Positions 9,903 through 21,718 of a DNA stretch of 64,000 nt are shown here, one piece after another. The DNA is from Acidimicrobiia bacterium (GTDB lineage Bacteria > Actinomycetota > Acidimicrobiia > IMCC26256 > PALSA-610): contig JBKQIY010000019.1 in assembly GCA_052148155.1 (NCBI GenBank), forward strand, positions 21,964-85,963. Reading direction: 5' to 3'. The notes beneath the pieces were generated by a model that had not been told where the DNA came from, made no database searches, and worked only from the letters and a program-made list of their open reading frames with translations. The first letter of the stretch is position 1; every line of letters begins with the position of its first letter. The position numbers and the translations under genes are program-made.

Positions 9903-10613
9903 CGACTGACGACGATACCGGCTCGTTTGCACGCCGTCGGTCGTGGGAAGCGCATGAACATGCCGAATGTCGTCTCCAACGACACATGCCTGCACTGCAC
10001 CGTGATGACCGACCGTCCAGAACTGTGCGGGGACGGCCGTGCGTCAATGATCCGGAGACGCCCGCATGGTGACGGCCCGACGCCCGAGACGCGCAGACAC
10101 CTCGCAGCTCCTTTGACTCGTCGATATCTCGGCATACGCACGCCGAGACGGTCTGGGGCGGAGCGCGGCACCGCGCGTCCGCGGTGAACGAACCGGGTCG
10201 TCCCTTCGCCGATCGGAAGACAACACCTGCACCGCGTGTGGTCGTCGTCGGTTCCCACCAGAAGCGAAGCTGAACCTCGCGTTCCAGAACACACCACGGA
10301 GTTCGCCGCAGGAGATCGTTTGACGGCCCGGGCCCCTCGTCTCGACCAGGTAATGCGCGCACATCGCCGCGGAGCGTCCGAACACGACCGCGCGCTCGTG
10401 GTCGCATCGAGAGGCGTCGTACTCCCGGCGCGACGAGCACCGCGTTCGAGAGTCACCCTCGACGTGCCGCCGATCCGAATATCTGCGGACGGTTCCGTGA
10501 CGCCGACTTCAGCGACGGTGCCCCGAACTCACGAAGAATGTTCTACGACGAGGTCACGTCCGCCGCCGACCTCGCCAGCTGAGCTGTCGGCACGGTCAGG
10601 TTACGCTCGCCCT

Positions 10614-12098
10614 GTGGACCTGGTCATCCGCGGTGCGACCGTTTACGACGGGACCGGCGGTCCAGCTCACGTGTGCGATGTCGGCGTCACAGGTGGACGG
10701 ATCGCGGCGGTCGGCGATCTCGGGTCGGAGCTGTCGGCACGTTCGGTCGACGCCGCAGGTCTGGCTCTCGCGCCGGGATTCATCGACGTGCATAGCCACG
10801 ACGACTTCGCGGTCTTTGTCACGCCGGAGATGGATTTCAAGGTCGCGCAAGGTGTCACAACCACCGTGGTCGGAAACTGCGGCCTCGGCGCTGCACCTTT
10901 CGGGGCGGCCCGCGCGTATTTGGCGTTCTTTGACGTCGACAAGCGCCGAGCGTCCCTCCCGATCTGGGATGACTATGCGGGATATCTCGACGCCGTCGAC
11001 GCCGACCCGCCGAGCCTCAACGTCGCGGTACTGGTCGGACACGGAACATTGCGGCTCGACGCGATGGGCAACGACCGCCGCGCGGCCACCGATTACGAAC
11101 TGGCAAGCATGGCCGACACGTTGGCCGCGGGTCTCGACGCAGGATGTGTCGGATACTCGACCGGATTGATCTACGAACCGGGAAGATATTCAAGCACCGA
11201 TGAACTCATCGCGCTCGCGCGTGTCATGGCCGGGAACGGCGGCGGCGTGTATGCGACGCATATGCGCGATGAAGGTATCGGACTGCTCGACGCGGTCGCC
11301 GAGGCGATCTCGATCGGCGAAGAAAGCGGAGTCCCGGTTCAGATCTCGCACCACAAAGCGAGCGGCCGCTCAGCGTGGGGCCTCGTGAGTCAGTCGTTAG
11401 TCCTCATCGACGCGGCCCGCGCACGCGGCGTCGACGTGACCGCCGATCAATATCCCTACACCGCGGGAAGTACGAGCTTGTTTGCCGTGGTGCAGAACGC
11501 CGATGACGGTAGCGACGGAGTCGGTGAGACCGACTGGGACACAATCGTGATCGCTTCGGCCCCGCATCATCCGGAATGGGAAGGCGAATCGATTGTGGAT
11601 CTCGCACGTCAGCTCGGCAGGTCACCAGAGCAGACCGCGAAGGCGGTAGTTGATGCCGAGGGTTACGGCGCAGTCGTGATCATCCATTCGATGAACGATG
11701 TCGACGTGCGGACCGTAATGGCGCACCCGACGACCATGATCGGCTCCGACGGGATCCCGACCGCCGCGGGCAAACCTCATCCCAGGTTGTACGGCACGTT
11801 CGCGAAGGTCCTCGGACATTACGCGCGGGACGAGCACGTGCTCTCGATCGAGCAGGCGATACACCGGGCGTCCGGCATGCCCGCCGCGAAGTTCGGTTTC
11901 GCGGACCGAGGCGTCATCATCGCGGGCGCGAGGGCGGACCTCGTGCTCTTCGACGCGCTCGCCATCAATGATGTCGCCACCTACGACGACCCTCGCCGCC
12001 ATCCAACCGGTGTGCAGACCGTGTGGGTGGGTGGAACTGCCGTCATAGAGGACGGGCGGCACACTGGCGAACGGCCCGGCCGAAGCGTGCGTCGCTGA
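10614..12098 (+). CDS. N-acyl-D-amino-acid deacylase (D-aminoacylase)
   Basis: PGFIDVHSHDD, GNCG, YATHMRDE, SHHKA, GSDG, KPHPRLYGTF; GTG 10614 chosen. Confidence 0.92.
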   Translation: MDLVIRGATVYDGTGGPAHVCDVGVTGGRIAAVGDLGSELSARSVDAAGLALAPGFIDVHSHDDFAVFVTPEMDFKVAQGVTTTVVGNCGLGAAPFGAARAYLAFFDVDKRRASLPIWDDYAGYLDAVDADPPSLNVAVLVGHGTLRLDAMGNDRRAATDYELASMADTLAAGLDAGCVGYSTGLIYEPGRYSSTDELIALARVMAGNGGGVYATHMRDEGIGLLDAVAEAISIGEESGVPVQISHHKASGRSAWGLVSQSLVLIDAARARGVDVTADQYPYTAGSTSLFAVVQNADDGSDGVGETDWDTIVIASAPHHPEWEGESIVDLARQLGRSPEQTAKAVVDAEGYGAVVIIHSMNDVDVRTVMAHPTTMIGSDGIPTAAGKPHPRLYGTFAKVLGHYARDEHVLSIEQAIHRASGMPAAKFGFADRGVIIAGARADLVLFDALAINDVATYDDPRRHPTGVQTVWVGGTAVIEDGRHTGERPGRSVRR

Positions 12099-12796
12099 CA
12101 GGATCCAAACGTACGCGTCCACGCGTTGGATCCTTGATTCGGTCGGTCGGGGCCAGCCACGTCAGCGCGACCGCACCTCAGAAGCCACGCGCGGCCTGCC
12201 GGCGAGCGACGCCGAGCGGTATCGCGAGTGCCCGGATGAACGGCGAGGTCTCTCCTCTTCTCTCCTCTCCTCGGTCCCGCGCGGTCGCGAGTGCCGAGTC
12301 GGGCCCGGTGCGGCGAGGATCACGGCGTGCAGAACGAAGTCTGCAATCGCGGAGGAGACACCGTCGTCACGGGCCACCGTCACGAGTGCGACGAAGTGGT
12401 TGTCGCGCTCCAACGCAGTGACCCAAGACGACGAGAGCGAACAGGATCGTGATCGCACCTTCGCATCAGGCACGCGCGTGGCCTGGTTCACGACTCGACC
12501 GTCGGCGGCGCGCCGCGCTGGTCCGCCCGACGCCACGATGGGGTATATCGTCCCGTCGGTATGGCGTCTCGCGCGGTCCCGTTCTCATGTTGAGCAAGGA
12601 TTTGGTGCGCGTCGGCGGGCTGGACGTCTTGTCGTCGCGGACCGCGCTGAGGCAAGACGCCGTAACCAGCGGAGACGCGCAGGACGTGGGCCACGACCTG
12701 CCCGAGCTTCGAACCGCGGTCGATATCGAAACGCGGGAATTCCCGTCTTGTATCTCGATCGACCGTCATGTCCGGGCCTGAGCACAGAGCCGCACT

Positions 12797-15169
12797 GTGC
12801 GAACCGTCGACGCTGCGCCCCTCTCAGTTGAAGAGCTGGCGCGCATCGATGCCTACTGGCGAGCCGCGAACTACCTGAGCGTCGGTCAGATCTATCTCCT
12901 CGACAACGCATTGCTGGCACGTCCGCTCGTGGCGGCCGATGTGAAGCCGAGACTGCTCGGCCACTGGGGGACGAGCCCGGGCCTGAACATGATTTACGCG
13001 CATCTCGATCGCGTGATCGCACGCGACGATCTCAACTGCATATATGTGACCGGTCCGGGACACGGGGGTCCGGCGATTCTCGCAAACACGTGGCTCGAGG
13101 GGAGCTACACCGAGACGTATCCGGCGATCGCACGAGACGCGTCAGGGATGGAACGGCTCTTCAAACAGTTCTCGTTTCCTGGTGGAGTCCCGAGCCACGT
13201 TGCGCCGGAGACCCCGGGCTCGATCCACGAAGGCGGCGAGCTCGGCTACTCGTTGAGTCACGCGTTCGGCGCCGCGTTCGACAACCCCGATCTCGTCGTG
13301 GCGTGCGTGATCGGCGATGGCGAGGCCGAAACAGGACCGCTCGCGACGAGCTGGCATTCGAACAAGTTTCTTGATCCGGTCGGCGATGGTGCGGTGCTCC
13401 CGATCCTGCACTTGAACGGTTACAAGATCGCTAACCCGACAGTGCTCGCTCGGATCTCCGAGAGCGAGCTCACCGACCTGCTCGTCGGCTGTGGATGGGA
13501 GCCGTATCTCGTCGCAGGCGACGACCCCGCACTCGTCCACCAAGAACTCGCAGCGACGCTCGACCAGGTGCTCAGTGAGATCCGAGCGCTCCAATCTCGT
13601 GCGCGCGTCGATGGGGACAGGACACGGGCACGATGGCCGATGATCGTCCTGCGAACGCCGAAGGGTTGGACCGGCCCCAAAGAGGTCGACGGCCTTCCCG
13701 TCGAGGGAACCTGGCGAGCGCATCAGGTGCCGCTCATGGAAGTGCGCGAGAAGCCGGAGCGCCTCGCGGCGCTCGAGGCGTGGATGCGTTCGTACCGCCC
13801 ACAAGAACTGTTCGACGATGCCGGCCGGCCACATGCCCACATCGTCGATTGGTTGCCGCGTGACAGTCGACGCATGGGTTCCAACCCGCACACCAACGGG
13901 GGATTGCTGCTGCGTGACCTGGTCCTCCCAAACTTCCGCGATTTCGGCGTCGATGTGCCGAGCCCGGGTGAGCCCGCAGCGGAGGCGACGCGGATACTCG
14001 GCCGATACCTGCGCGACCTTTTCCTCCTGAACGCCGACGCGCGCGACTTCCGGCTGTTCGGCCCCGACGAAACCGCGTCGAACCGTCTCGACGCGGTCTA
14101 CGAAGCGACAGCCAAGACGTGGGAGGCCGAAATCCTGCCGGTCGATGTATCGCTCGGGCGAGACGGTCGCGTGATGGAGATTCTCTCGGAAACCACGTGT
14201 CAGGGCTGGCTGGAAGGTTATTTGCTGACCGGCCGGCACGGACTGTTTTCGTGTTACGAAGCGTTCACGCACATCGTCGACTCGATGTTCAACCAGCATG
14301 CAAAGTGGTTGAAGGTCTCCCGCACCTTGGCGTGGCGGCGACCGATCGCGTCGCTGAATTATCTCCTGACATCTCACGTATGGCGGCAGGACAACAACGG
14401 ATTCACGCACCAGGATCCCGGTTTCATCGATCTTGTTGTGAACAAGAAGGCCGAGGTCGTACGCGTCTATCTTCCGCCCGATACGAACACCCTGCTCTCG
14501 ACGGTCGACCATTGCCTGCGCACGCGCAACTACGTGAACGTCATCGTCGCCGGCAAACAGCCGCAGCCGAGCTGGCTTTCCATCGAAGAGGCCGACCTGC
14601 ACTGCACCCGTGGCATCGGCATCTGGGACTGGGCGAGCAACGACGAAGGCGCCGAACCCGACGTGGTGATGGCCTGCGCCGGCGACGTACCGACACTCGA
14701 GACGATCGCCGCCGTGTCACTACTGCGCAAGCACCTACCCGAACTGAAAGTGCGAGTCGTCAACGTTGTCGACCTGATGCGCCTCGAGCCCGACACCGAG
14801 CACCCGCACGGACTGTCAGATCGGGAGTACGACGCGCTGTTTACGACTGACAAGACGGTGATCTTCGCCTATCACGGCTATCCGTCACTGATCCATCGCC
14901 TCACGTACCGGCGCCACGGTCACGACAATCTCCACGTGCGCGGCTACAAGGAAGAAGGAACGGTGACAACCCCATTCGACATGGTTGTGCTGAACGACAT
15001 GGATCGCTTCCATCTCGTGATGGACGTCATCGACCGGGTTCCAGGGCTCGGCGCCCATGCCGCGCTAGTCCGCCAGCACATGGTCGACGCACGCACCCGC
15101 CATGTCGAGTACACCCATCAGTTCGGCGAGGACATGCCCGAGGTGCGCGATTGGACCTGGCCTGCCTGA
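12797..15169 (+). CDS. xfp: xylulose-5-phosphate/fructose-6-phosphate phosphoketolase
   Basis: [29 protein letters not shown] ThDP motif, HQDPGF. Confidence 0.97.
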   Translation: MRTVDAAPLSVEELARIDAYWRAANYLSVGQIYLLDNALLARPLVAADVKPRLLGHWGTSPGLNMIYAHLDRVIARDDLNCIYVTGPGHGGPAILANTWLEGSYTETYPAIARDASGMERLFKQFSFPGGVPSHVAPETPGSIHEGGELGYSLSHAFGAAFDNPDLVVACVIGDGEAETGPLATSWHSNKFLDPVGDGAVLPILHLNGYKIANPTVLARISESELTDLLVGCGWEPYLVAGDDPALVHQELAATLDQVLSEIRALQSRARVDGDRTRARWPMIVLRTPKGWTGPKEVDGLPVEGTWRAHQVPLMEVREKPERLAALEAWMRSYRPQELFDDAGRPHAHIVDWLPRDSRRMGSNPHTNGGLLLRDLVLPNFRDFGVDVPSPGEPAAEATRILGRYLRDLFLLNADARDFRLFGPDETASNRLDAVYEATAKTWEAEILPVDVSLGRDGRVMEILSETTCQGWLEGYLLTGRHGLFSCYEAFTHIVDSMFNQHAKWLKVSRTLAWRRPIASLNYLLTSHVWRQDNNGFTHQDPGFIDLVVNKKAEVVRVYLPPDTNTLLSTVDHCLRTRNYVNVIVAGKQPQPSWLSIEEADLHCTRGIGIWDWASNDEGAEPDVVMACAGDVPTLETIAAVSLLRKHLPELKVRVVNVVDLMRLEPDTEHPHGLSDREYDALFTTDKTVIFAYHGYPSLIHRLTYRRHGHDNLHVRGYKEEGTVTTPFDMVVLNDMDRFHLVMDVIDRVPGLGAHAALVRQHMVDARTRHVEYTHQFGEDMPEVRDWTWPA

Positions 15170-15185
15170 TGACGGTGCCGGCCTG

Positions 15186-16295
15186 ATGTGGGTGCTAGTG
15201 GTCAACGCCGGTTCGAGCAGTCTGAAGCTTCGGGTTCTCGGAGATGACGACGACATCGAGGCCGAACACGACATCGAACGCTGGAATGTCGAAGACGAGG
15301 CCACCGACCTCGCCGGATTGCTCGCAACGCTGCCTCCCTTCCAGGCGGTAGGTCACCGAGTCGTCCATGGCGGCCGGCAGTTTCGCGAACCAATTCGCGT
15401 CGACGCCGAGACCGAACGCGCGCTCCTCGCGTTGTCGTCGCTCGCACCCTTGCACCAGCCCCGCGCGGTCGCGGGCATCGCGCTCCTGCGTCGTCTGTAT
15501 CCCGATCTCCCGCAGGTCGCATGCTTCGACACCGCGTTTCACGCCACGATGGCGGCCGCCGCGTCGACGTACGCGCTCCCGAAAGAGTGGCGCGACCGGT
15601 GGGGGTTGGAACGATTCGGCTTCCATGGCCTCTCGCACGCCTACGCCTCCCGGCGCGCGGCGGAGCTCACCGGACGAGTCAACGAACCCGGCTTACGTGT
15701 TGTGAGCTGCCATCTTGGCGGCGGAGCGTCGTTGTGCGCGGTACGGGGCGGCTGTTCCGTTGATACCACCATGGGGTTCACGCCACTCGAAGGACTGGTG
15801 ATGGCGACCCGTTCCGGAACAGTCGATCCGGGTCTGGTCGTGTGGCTGATACAACACGCAGGTCTCGCGCCCGAAACGGTGGCGCGGGCGCTCGAGTCCG
15901 CCTCGGGCCTTGCCGGGTTGTCGAGCATCCCGGGAGGAGATATGCGCGACGTTCTCGCCGCGCGCGCGGCGGGAGACCCGCAGGCAGTGCTCGCCGTCGA
16001 TGTGTACATCCACCGCCTGCGCCGCGAGCTCGGCGGGATGGTCGCCGGCCTTGGAGGTGTCGACGTGCTCGTATTTACTGGCGGGGTAGGAGAGCACATA
16101 CACGAGGTGCGCGCGGACCTATGTCGCGGTTTCGAGTTCGCCGGCGTTCGCCTGGATGCGGCGCGCAACGCATCGTTACTTGGGGAAGGTGAGATCACGG
16201 CGGCTGACTCGTTGGTGCCCGCCCTCGTCGTCGCTGCGCGCGAAGACATCGAAATCACACACCAAGTCCGCGGCGTGCTCGGTCGATCATCGTGA
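15186..16295 (+). CDS. ackA: acetate/propionate kinase
   Basis: VNAGSSSLK, GHRVVHGG, FDTAFH, GFHGLSH, HLGGGAS, FTGGVGE. Confidence 0.95.
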   Translation: MWVLVVNAGSSSLKLRVLGDDDDIEAEHDIERWNVEDEATDLAGLLATLPPFQAVGHRVVHGGRQFREPIRVDAETERALLALSSLAPLHQPRAVAGIALLRRLYPDLPQVACFDTAFHATMAAAASTYALPKEWRDRWGLERFGFHGLSHAYASRRAAELTGRVNEPGLRVVSCHLGGGASLCAVRGGCSVDTTMGFTPLEGLVMATRSGTVDPGLVVWLIQHAGLAPETVARALESASGLAGLSSIPGGDMRDVLAARAAGDPQAVLAVDVYIHRLRRELGGMVAGLGGVDVLVFTGGVGEHIHEVRADLCRGFEFAGVRLDAARNASLLGEGEITAADSLVPALVVAAREDIEITHQVRGVLGRSS

Positions 16296-19213
16296 CGGTA
16301 CCTGACCTCGCTCGTCGCTTCGAGGGAGTGATGTTCGATTGGGATGGAACCGCGGTGGCCGATCGGAAGGCGAATGCGAACGACGTCCGCAGCGTGGTCG
16401 AGCAGTTGTGCGGGTCCGGCGTCGACGTCGCCATCGTGAGCGGTACCCACCTCGACAACGTCGACGGTCAGCTCGTTGCGCGTCCGCGGGGTCCTGGGCG
16501 ACTGTTGCTTGCGCTCAATCGAGGTTCCGAGCTGTTCGAGGTCGGCGCCGAAGGCGCACAGCTCGTCGATCGCCGTCGAGCGACGACCGAAGAGGACGCG
16601 GCACTGACACGGGCCGCGGAGGAAACCGTCTCGAGGCTCGGTGCGCGCGGACTCGAAACCCGTGTCGTCTCCCAGCGGCTGAACCGCCGCAAGATCGACC
16701 TCATCCCGACACCGGAATGGGCGGACCCGCCGAAGTCTCAGATCGATCAGCTGCTCGCGGCGGTCGAACGACGGCTGCACAACGCCGGCTTCGAGGATCT
16801 CGCGCAGGTCGCGTCACTCGCGATCAACGTCGCACGCGATGCGGGAATCGCCGATCCCCGGGTTACCAGTGACGCCAAACACGTGGAGATCGGCCTTACC
16901 GACAAGGCCGACTCCGCCCGCGCGGTGTTCGCACAACTTTGGGCCGACGGCATTGCGCCGGAACAGGTGCTGATCGGCGGCGACGAGTTCGGCACGCTTG
17001 GCGGACTTCCCGGTAGCGACTCGCTGATGCTCGTCGATGACGCCGCACCGTCGGCGGTGTTCTCCGTCGGGATCGAACCCAACGGCGTGCCTGACGGCGT
17101 TGCGCACGTCGGGGGCGGACCGGCGCGCTTTGTCGAGTTGCTGAGTGAACAACTGCGACGCCGGTCGGACCTCCCACACGTCGTGTCGCGCGACGGGTGG
17201 TCGCTCGTCGTGAAACGGCTCGATGCCGCTGCGGGAAAGTCGCACGACGCGCTGCTCACGATTGCTGACGGCCTCATCGGAACCAACGGCGCGACCCTGC
17301 TCGCGCATCCGGCGGCTCGCCCAGAACTGTTGGTCGCGGGCGTGTTCGACGGTGACGGCCCGCTCACCGATTTGCTGTGCGGACCTCACTGGGCGACGTT
17401 GTCCGGCGCGCTCGACCCGGACGACCACGTGTGCAGGGTGCTCGATCTCCGGACCGCGCTGCTCGGCGAAGAGGTCGACGGCACCACCACGGTGCGTTCT
17501 GTGCGGTTCTCTTCATTTGCCCGGCCGGGCATCGCGGTGTTGCGAGCCGACATTGACCCGCCCGACAGTTCGGACGCGCTCGTGGCCCCGGACGGAGCCG
17601 TACTGACCGACCTCGACGACGGCGCCCAATGGACGGCGGCGCGTGGCACATCCGGTTCAATCACTGCTGCGGCCTGGCAACGACGTGACGTCAGCCGAGT
17701 CGATCGGATCGCGGCTTACGTGGCTGGTCCAGCCGACGCGGAGCCCGACCGCGCCAACGCACGCCTCGCACGTGCACGCAGCGACGGATTCGACGCGTTG
17801 TTGGCCGAGCATCGCCGAACCTGGTCGCAGCGCTGGGAGCGTGCCGACATTCGAATCGATGGCGACGCGTCTCTTCAGTTGAACGTCCGCCTGGCGCTAT
17901 ATCACTTGATGGCGTCGGTCGCGGTTCACGGCGAGGCCGCGGTCGGCGCGCGGGGCATGACGGGACACGACTATCGCGGACACGTATTTTGGGACGCGGA
18001 GCTGTTCGTCTTGCCGTTTCTCGCCGCGACCGAGCCGGCGGCGGCGCGGGCCATGCTCGAGTACCGGTGCAACCGTCTTCCCGCCGCGCTTGCCGAGGCA
18101 CGGGCCGAGGGTCGTCAAGGTGCGCGCTTTCCGTGGGAATCCGCGGCCAGCGGATTCGACGTGACGCCCCGCGTCGTGCACGATCCGAGCGGCCACGTCG
18201 TACCGATCCGTACCGGTGAGGCCGAGCTGCACATTGTCGGCGACGTCGCCTGGGCAGTCTGCTGCTACGTCGACTGGACGAACGATCAGGAGTTCGCGCT
18301 GGGTGCGGGAAGGCGAATCTTGATCGAAACCGCACGCTACTGGGCCTCCCGCGTTCGTGTCGACGGTTCCGGACGAGCGCATCTGTACGGGGTGATCGGG
18401 CCCGACGAGTACCACGAGCCCGTGGACGACAACGCGTTCACGAACGTACTCGCCCGTTGGAATCTTCGCCGCGCCGCGGCCGAAGCGTTGGCGGTCGATG
18501 ACGACGCCGTCAGCCGCGACGAAGTGCTGGTCTGGCAGCGCCTCGCCGACGCGCTCGTCGACGGTTTCGACCCGGCTACTGGTGTGTACGAGGAATTCGC
18601 AGGCTTTTTCAATCTCGATCCGACGCTCGTCCGCGACCTCTTACCTCAACGCCCGGTCACCGCCGATCTCGTGCTGGGTGCCAGCCGAGTCCACGGCGCT
18701 CAGGTTGTGAAGCAGGCCGACGTGTTGATGCTTCACCACCTGCTACCCGACGAGGTCGAGTCCGGTTCGCTGGCCGCGAACCTCGATTTCTACGAGCCGC
18801 GCACTGCGCATGGCAGCTCCTTGTCGTTAGGTATCCATGCCGCGCTGTTCGCTCGGGCCGGCCGCAATGACGAAGCCCTTGAAGCGTTGCGGATCGCCGC
18901 CGATATCGACGAGAACGACGTGACGCGCACCGGTGCCGGCGGTGTGCACCTGGGCGCGATGGGAAGCGTGTGGCAGGCGCTCGCGTACGGGTTTGCCGGA
19001 CTGCGACCGCGTGGCGACGCCCTCGCGCTCGACCCGCATCTACCCGATTCGTTGACGGGTCTTGAGATCGGCGTGCAGTTTCGAGGTGTGCCTGTTCGTC
19101 TGCGCTTCGAGCGGGACTCGGTCGTCGCGCAGGCGGCGTCGCCGATCGTGCTGATCGTCGGCGGCGAACGGGTCACCTGCGAGCCGGGAGAAACACGCGT
19201 TCCGAGACGATGA
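16292..19213 (+). CDS. HAD-like domain fused to a GH65 (trehalose/maltose phosphorylase-like) domain
   Basis: N-terminal FDWDGT and GDE HAD motifs; YRGHVFWD, GPDEYHE, KQADV, HGSSLS GH65 motifs; GTGA overlap with ackA. Confidence 0.9.
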   Translation: MTVPDLARRFEGVMFDWDGTAVADRKANANDVRSVVEQLCGSGVDVAIVSGTHLDNVDGQLVARPRGPGRLLLALNRGSELFEVGAEGAQLVDRRRATTEEDAALTRAAEETVSRLGARGLETRVVSQRLNRRKIDLIPTPEWADPPKSQIDQLLAAVERRLHNAGFEDLAQVASLAINVARDAGIADPRVTSDAKHVEIGLTDKADSARAVFAQLWADGIAPEQVLIGGDEFGTLGGLPGSDSLMLVDDAAPSAVFSVGIEPNGVPDGVAHVGGGPARFVELLSEQLRRRSDLPHVVSRDGWSLVVKRLDAAAGKSHDALLTIADGLIGTNGATLLAHPAARPELLVAGVFDGDGPLTDLLCGPHWATLSGALDPDDHVCRVLDLRTALLGEEVDGTTTVRSVRFSSFARPGIAVLRADIDPPDSSDALVAPDGAVLTDLDDGAQWTAARGTSGSITAAAWQRRDVSRVDRIAAYVAGPADAEPDRANARLARARSDGFDALLAEHRRTWSQRWERADIRIDGDASLQLNVRLALYHLMASVAVHGEAAVGARGMTGHDYRGHVFWDAELFVLPFLAATEPAAARAMLEYRCNRLPAALAEARAEGRQGARFPWESAASGFDVTPRVVHDPSGHVVPIRTGEAELHIVGDVAWAVCCYVDWTNDQEFALGAGRRILIETARYWASRVRVDGSGRAHLYGVIGPDEYHEPVDDNAFTNVLARWNLRRAAAEALAVDDDAVSRDEVLVWQRLADALVDGFDPATGVYEEFAGFFNLDPTLVRDLLPQRPVTADLVLGASRVHGAQVVKQADVLMLHHLLPDEVESGSLAANLDFYEPRTAHGSSLSLGIHAALFARAGRNDEALEALRIAADIDENDVTRTGAGGVHLGAMGSVWQALAYGFAGLRPRGDALALDPHLPDSLTGLEIGVQFRGVPVRLRFERDSVVAQAASPIVLIVGGERVTCEPGETRVPRR

Positions 19214-19495
19214 ACGTCAGGGTCGCGCCGGAGACGACGAGCCGGCCGAACAGCAAGAACGCCACCACAGCGCACCCCACCGACCGAGGTTCGCAGCGGT
19301 GAAGCGCGTCACCGACGCGGCGACGGAGAACCCACCGACGAATGTGAACACGTCGATCCTGACCCGCCGGGATCGGGTCCGGCCGCCGGGTGTGCCAGAA
19401 ACGCCGACTACCTGATCGCTCCGACGTAAAAGCTCCGTGGTCATCGTTGACGGGCACGCGGACCGAGCGCCGACGCACCCTGACCTGGCCGGTGC

Positions 19496-19879
19496 TCATT
19501 CTGTGGATGCTTGCCATCTCGGCGAAGGTGTCGGACGCGAGCCGCCCGAACCGGTCTCGGGTCGGGCGAATCCTCGGACGGGGTACGTTTCGGACTGGTG
19601 GGGGAGTCTGCGCCGTTGGCGCAGGATGCGTTGACGTTCTCGCTCCGATGCTCCACCCCAGACGCCGTAGTCGAGGCGGTTGGTCAACGCGTACTCGAGG
19701 CATTCGCCGCGCACCGGACATTGCGCGCATACGCGTTGGACCGCCTCGACGCCAGACCCGTCGGAAGGAAAGAACGTCGTGGCGTTTGCTCCCCGGCAGT
19801 ACGCGGCGCTCATCCACGATTGCAACCCGAAGTCTGGTCGGTCGGTCGACTCAGGACTGTGTCCCACCCGCGCGAGCAC
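19496..19879 (-). CDS. whiB: WhiB family Fe-S transcriptional regulator
   Basis: Four Cys (AYC...VCAQCPVRGEC) and GVWGGASERER; start uncertain. Confidence 0.9.
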   Translation of the reverse strand: MLARVGHSPESTDRPDFGLQSWMSAAYCRGANATTFFPSDGSGVEAVQRVCAQCPVRGECLEYALTNRLDYGVWGGASERERQRILRQRRRLPHQSETYPVRGFARPETGSGGSRPTPSPRWQASTE

Positions 19880-19990
19880 CTTCCGCGGCTGATTGCCGCC
19901 GGAGCCGGTCTCGGTCGCCAGGGTCTGGGACGCCGATCTGCTGTCACTGGACTGATGACGACCTCAACTCTACTCCGCCGGTCGGGACGA

Positions 19991-20839
19991 TCATTTGTGC
20001 CGGGTCGGGGTCTGTGTGATTTGAACGCGAGTCTCGTTCGTGGCGGTTGAGGTCCACTGGCCGCCGGGTGTCCATTGCAGTCCGGCGAAGTGAACGGTTG
20101 TGATGCGGTACTGATCGGCATGACCGACGAGCCAGGATGCGATCGTCCAGCCGCGAGCCGACGAAACAGGCGCGCCGAGACTCAACGGTCCGAGTTCCCG
20201 CGTCAGCGCAGGGATCGGCGACGCTGGCGTCGTCGTCGACTCGGGGAGCGAGAACTCGCAGGCGAGGCCGGCAGCGGTTTCGCCTGTCGTCGCGATCGCG
20301 AGGGTTCGCGCCAGCGGTTCCCAGAGCGCGTACGCCTGGGGTGCGTTGCTGTGTTGTACGGCCTGAGCTGCGTCGGTGACTGGCATCGTCTGCCAGCCGG
20401 GCACTCGCGCGAGTGCCTTGAAGAACGCGGCGGCTGCGTAACGCGGGTTCATGACCTGCGCGGCAGTTCCCCAACCTTGAGACGGACGCTGTTGGAACAG
20501 GCCGAGCGAATCGCGGTCGCCGTAGTCGATGTTGTGAAGCTGTGATTCCTGAAGTGCGGTCGCGAGCGCGACCGTCACTGCGTGATCAGGCATGTCGAGC
20601 CGCTTGGCGACCGCGGCGATCGTGGTCGCGTTGGCGGCCTGCGCGAGATCGATGACGTACTCCGAGGAGCCGACGGTGACCCGACACAACGACACCCTGA
20701 TCGTTTTCTTCCCGAGGGCCGCCCAGATGGCAATGGCTGCGATGACGACCGCGGCACCAGCGAACATGAGCATCAGAGCGCGAATCGCGGTTCGACGGCC
20801 CGAAAGCATCACAGCGACGATACCGTCGGCGCCCGACAT
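19991..20839 (-). CDS. membrane-anchored lysozyme-like (CwlT-type) cell-wall hydrolase domain protein
   Basis: N-terminal TM helix; ALATALQES...GDRDSLGLFQQRPSQGWG...AAQAVQ. Confidence 0.75.
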   Translation of the reverse strand: MSGADGIVAVMLSGRRTAIRALMLMFAGAAVVIAAIAIWAALGKKTIRVSLCRVTVGSSEYVIDLAQAANATTIAAVAKRLDMPDHAVTVALATALQESQLHNIDYGDRDSLGLFQQRPSQGWGTAAQVMNPRYAAAAFFKALARVPGWQTMPVTDAAQAVQHSNAPQAYALWEPLARTLAIATTGETAAGLACEFSLPESTTTPASPIPALTRELGPLSLGAPVSSARGWTIASWLVGHADQYRITTVHFAGLQWTPGGQWTSTATNETRVQITQTPTRHK

Positions 20840-20872
20840 TCTCCGCGCGTCAGGTCACGATACATTCGACGC

Positions 20873-21718
20873 GTGGCGGGCGAGTGGTTCGAATGGGAGT
20901 GGGACGAGACGCTCTTCGCCGGCTCTGCGTGCCATTACGACCGCGGACGTCTTCCCTACGCTCCCGCGCTCGCCGACGCCTTCGGATCGTCGCTGGGCCT
21001 TGATGGTCGGGGTCGGCTGCTCGATGTCGGCTGCGGGCCCGGTACCGTGACACTTCGTTTCGCGCACCTCTTCGACGAAGTAGTTGGGCTGGATCCGGAC
21101 GCCGGCATGATCGATGAGGCGGAACGACTCGCGTCCGAGCGGGCCGTGAGCAATGCGAGATGGGTTCGCAGACGTGCTGAAGAGCTGCCCGCCGACCTCG
21201 GCGTTTTTCGCGTGGTCACCTTCGCGGCATCGTTGCACTGGATGAACCGGCCGCTTGTCGCCGCTCGCGTCCGAAAGATGCTCCAACCCGACGGCGTCGT
21301 AGTGCATGTCGACAACCGCCATCAAGACAGCCTCGAGCCCGGCCGCGCACTCCCGGCGCCCCCGCGAGATCGCATCGACGTCCTGCGACGCGTCTACCTC
21401 GGGGACGACCGTCGCGCCGGCCGGTCGATTCGCAACACGTCACCGGCCGACGAAGGAGACGTGTTTCGCGCAGCCGGATACATCGGCCCGGAACTCGTCG
21501 TGGTTCCCGACGGTCGTACTCTGGTCAGGTCGATCGACGACATCGTCGACGAAACCTTCTCGATGTCATCGACCGCGCCACACCTCTTCGGCGAACGTCA
21601 GCGGGAGTTCGAAGCCGATCTGCGTGCCCTGCTGGCGGACGCCTCGCATGAAGGCATGTTCTCCGTGCGCCTTCCCGACAACGAACTCAAAATATGGCGA
21701 CAAGCATACAGCCCCTGA
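20873..21718 (+). CDS. class I SAM-dependent methyltransferase
   Basis: LLDVGCGPG, GLDPD, SLHWM; GTG 20873. Confidence 0.88.
   Translation: MAGEWFEWEWDETLFAGSACHYDRGRLPYAPALADAFGSSLGLDGRGRLLDVGCGPGTVTLRFAHLFDEVVGLDPDAGMIDEAERLASERAVSNARWVRRRAEELPADLGVFRVVTFAASLHWMNRPLVAARVRKMLQPDGVVVHVDNRHQDSLEPGRALPAPPRDRIDVLRRVYLGDDRRAGRSIRNTSPADEGDVFRAAGYIGPELVVVPDGRTLVRSIDDIVDETFSMSSTAPHLFGERQREFEADLRALLADASHEGMFSVRLPDNELKIWRQAYSP

Noticed and set aside
9950-10600. Long 5' extension of the D-aminoacylase ORF and overlapping minus ORFs
   Set aside because: Arg/Pro/Ser-rich non-coding-like translation; homology starts at 10614
12100-12790. Fragments with hydrophobic stretches, possibly a decayed membrane protein gene
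   Set aside because: Too degraded to assign
13142-14602. 486-aa minus-strand ORF
   Set aside because: Antisense shadow of xfp, typical of high-GC DNA
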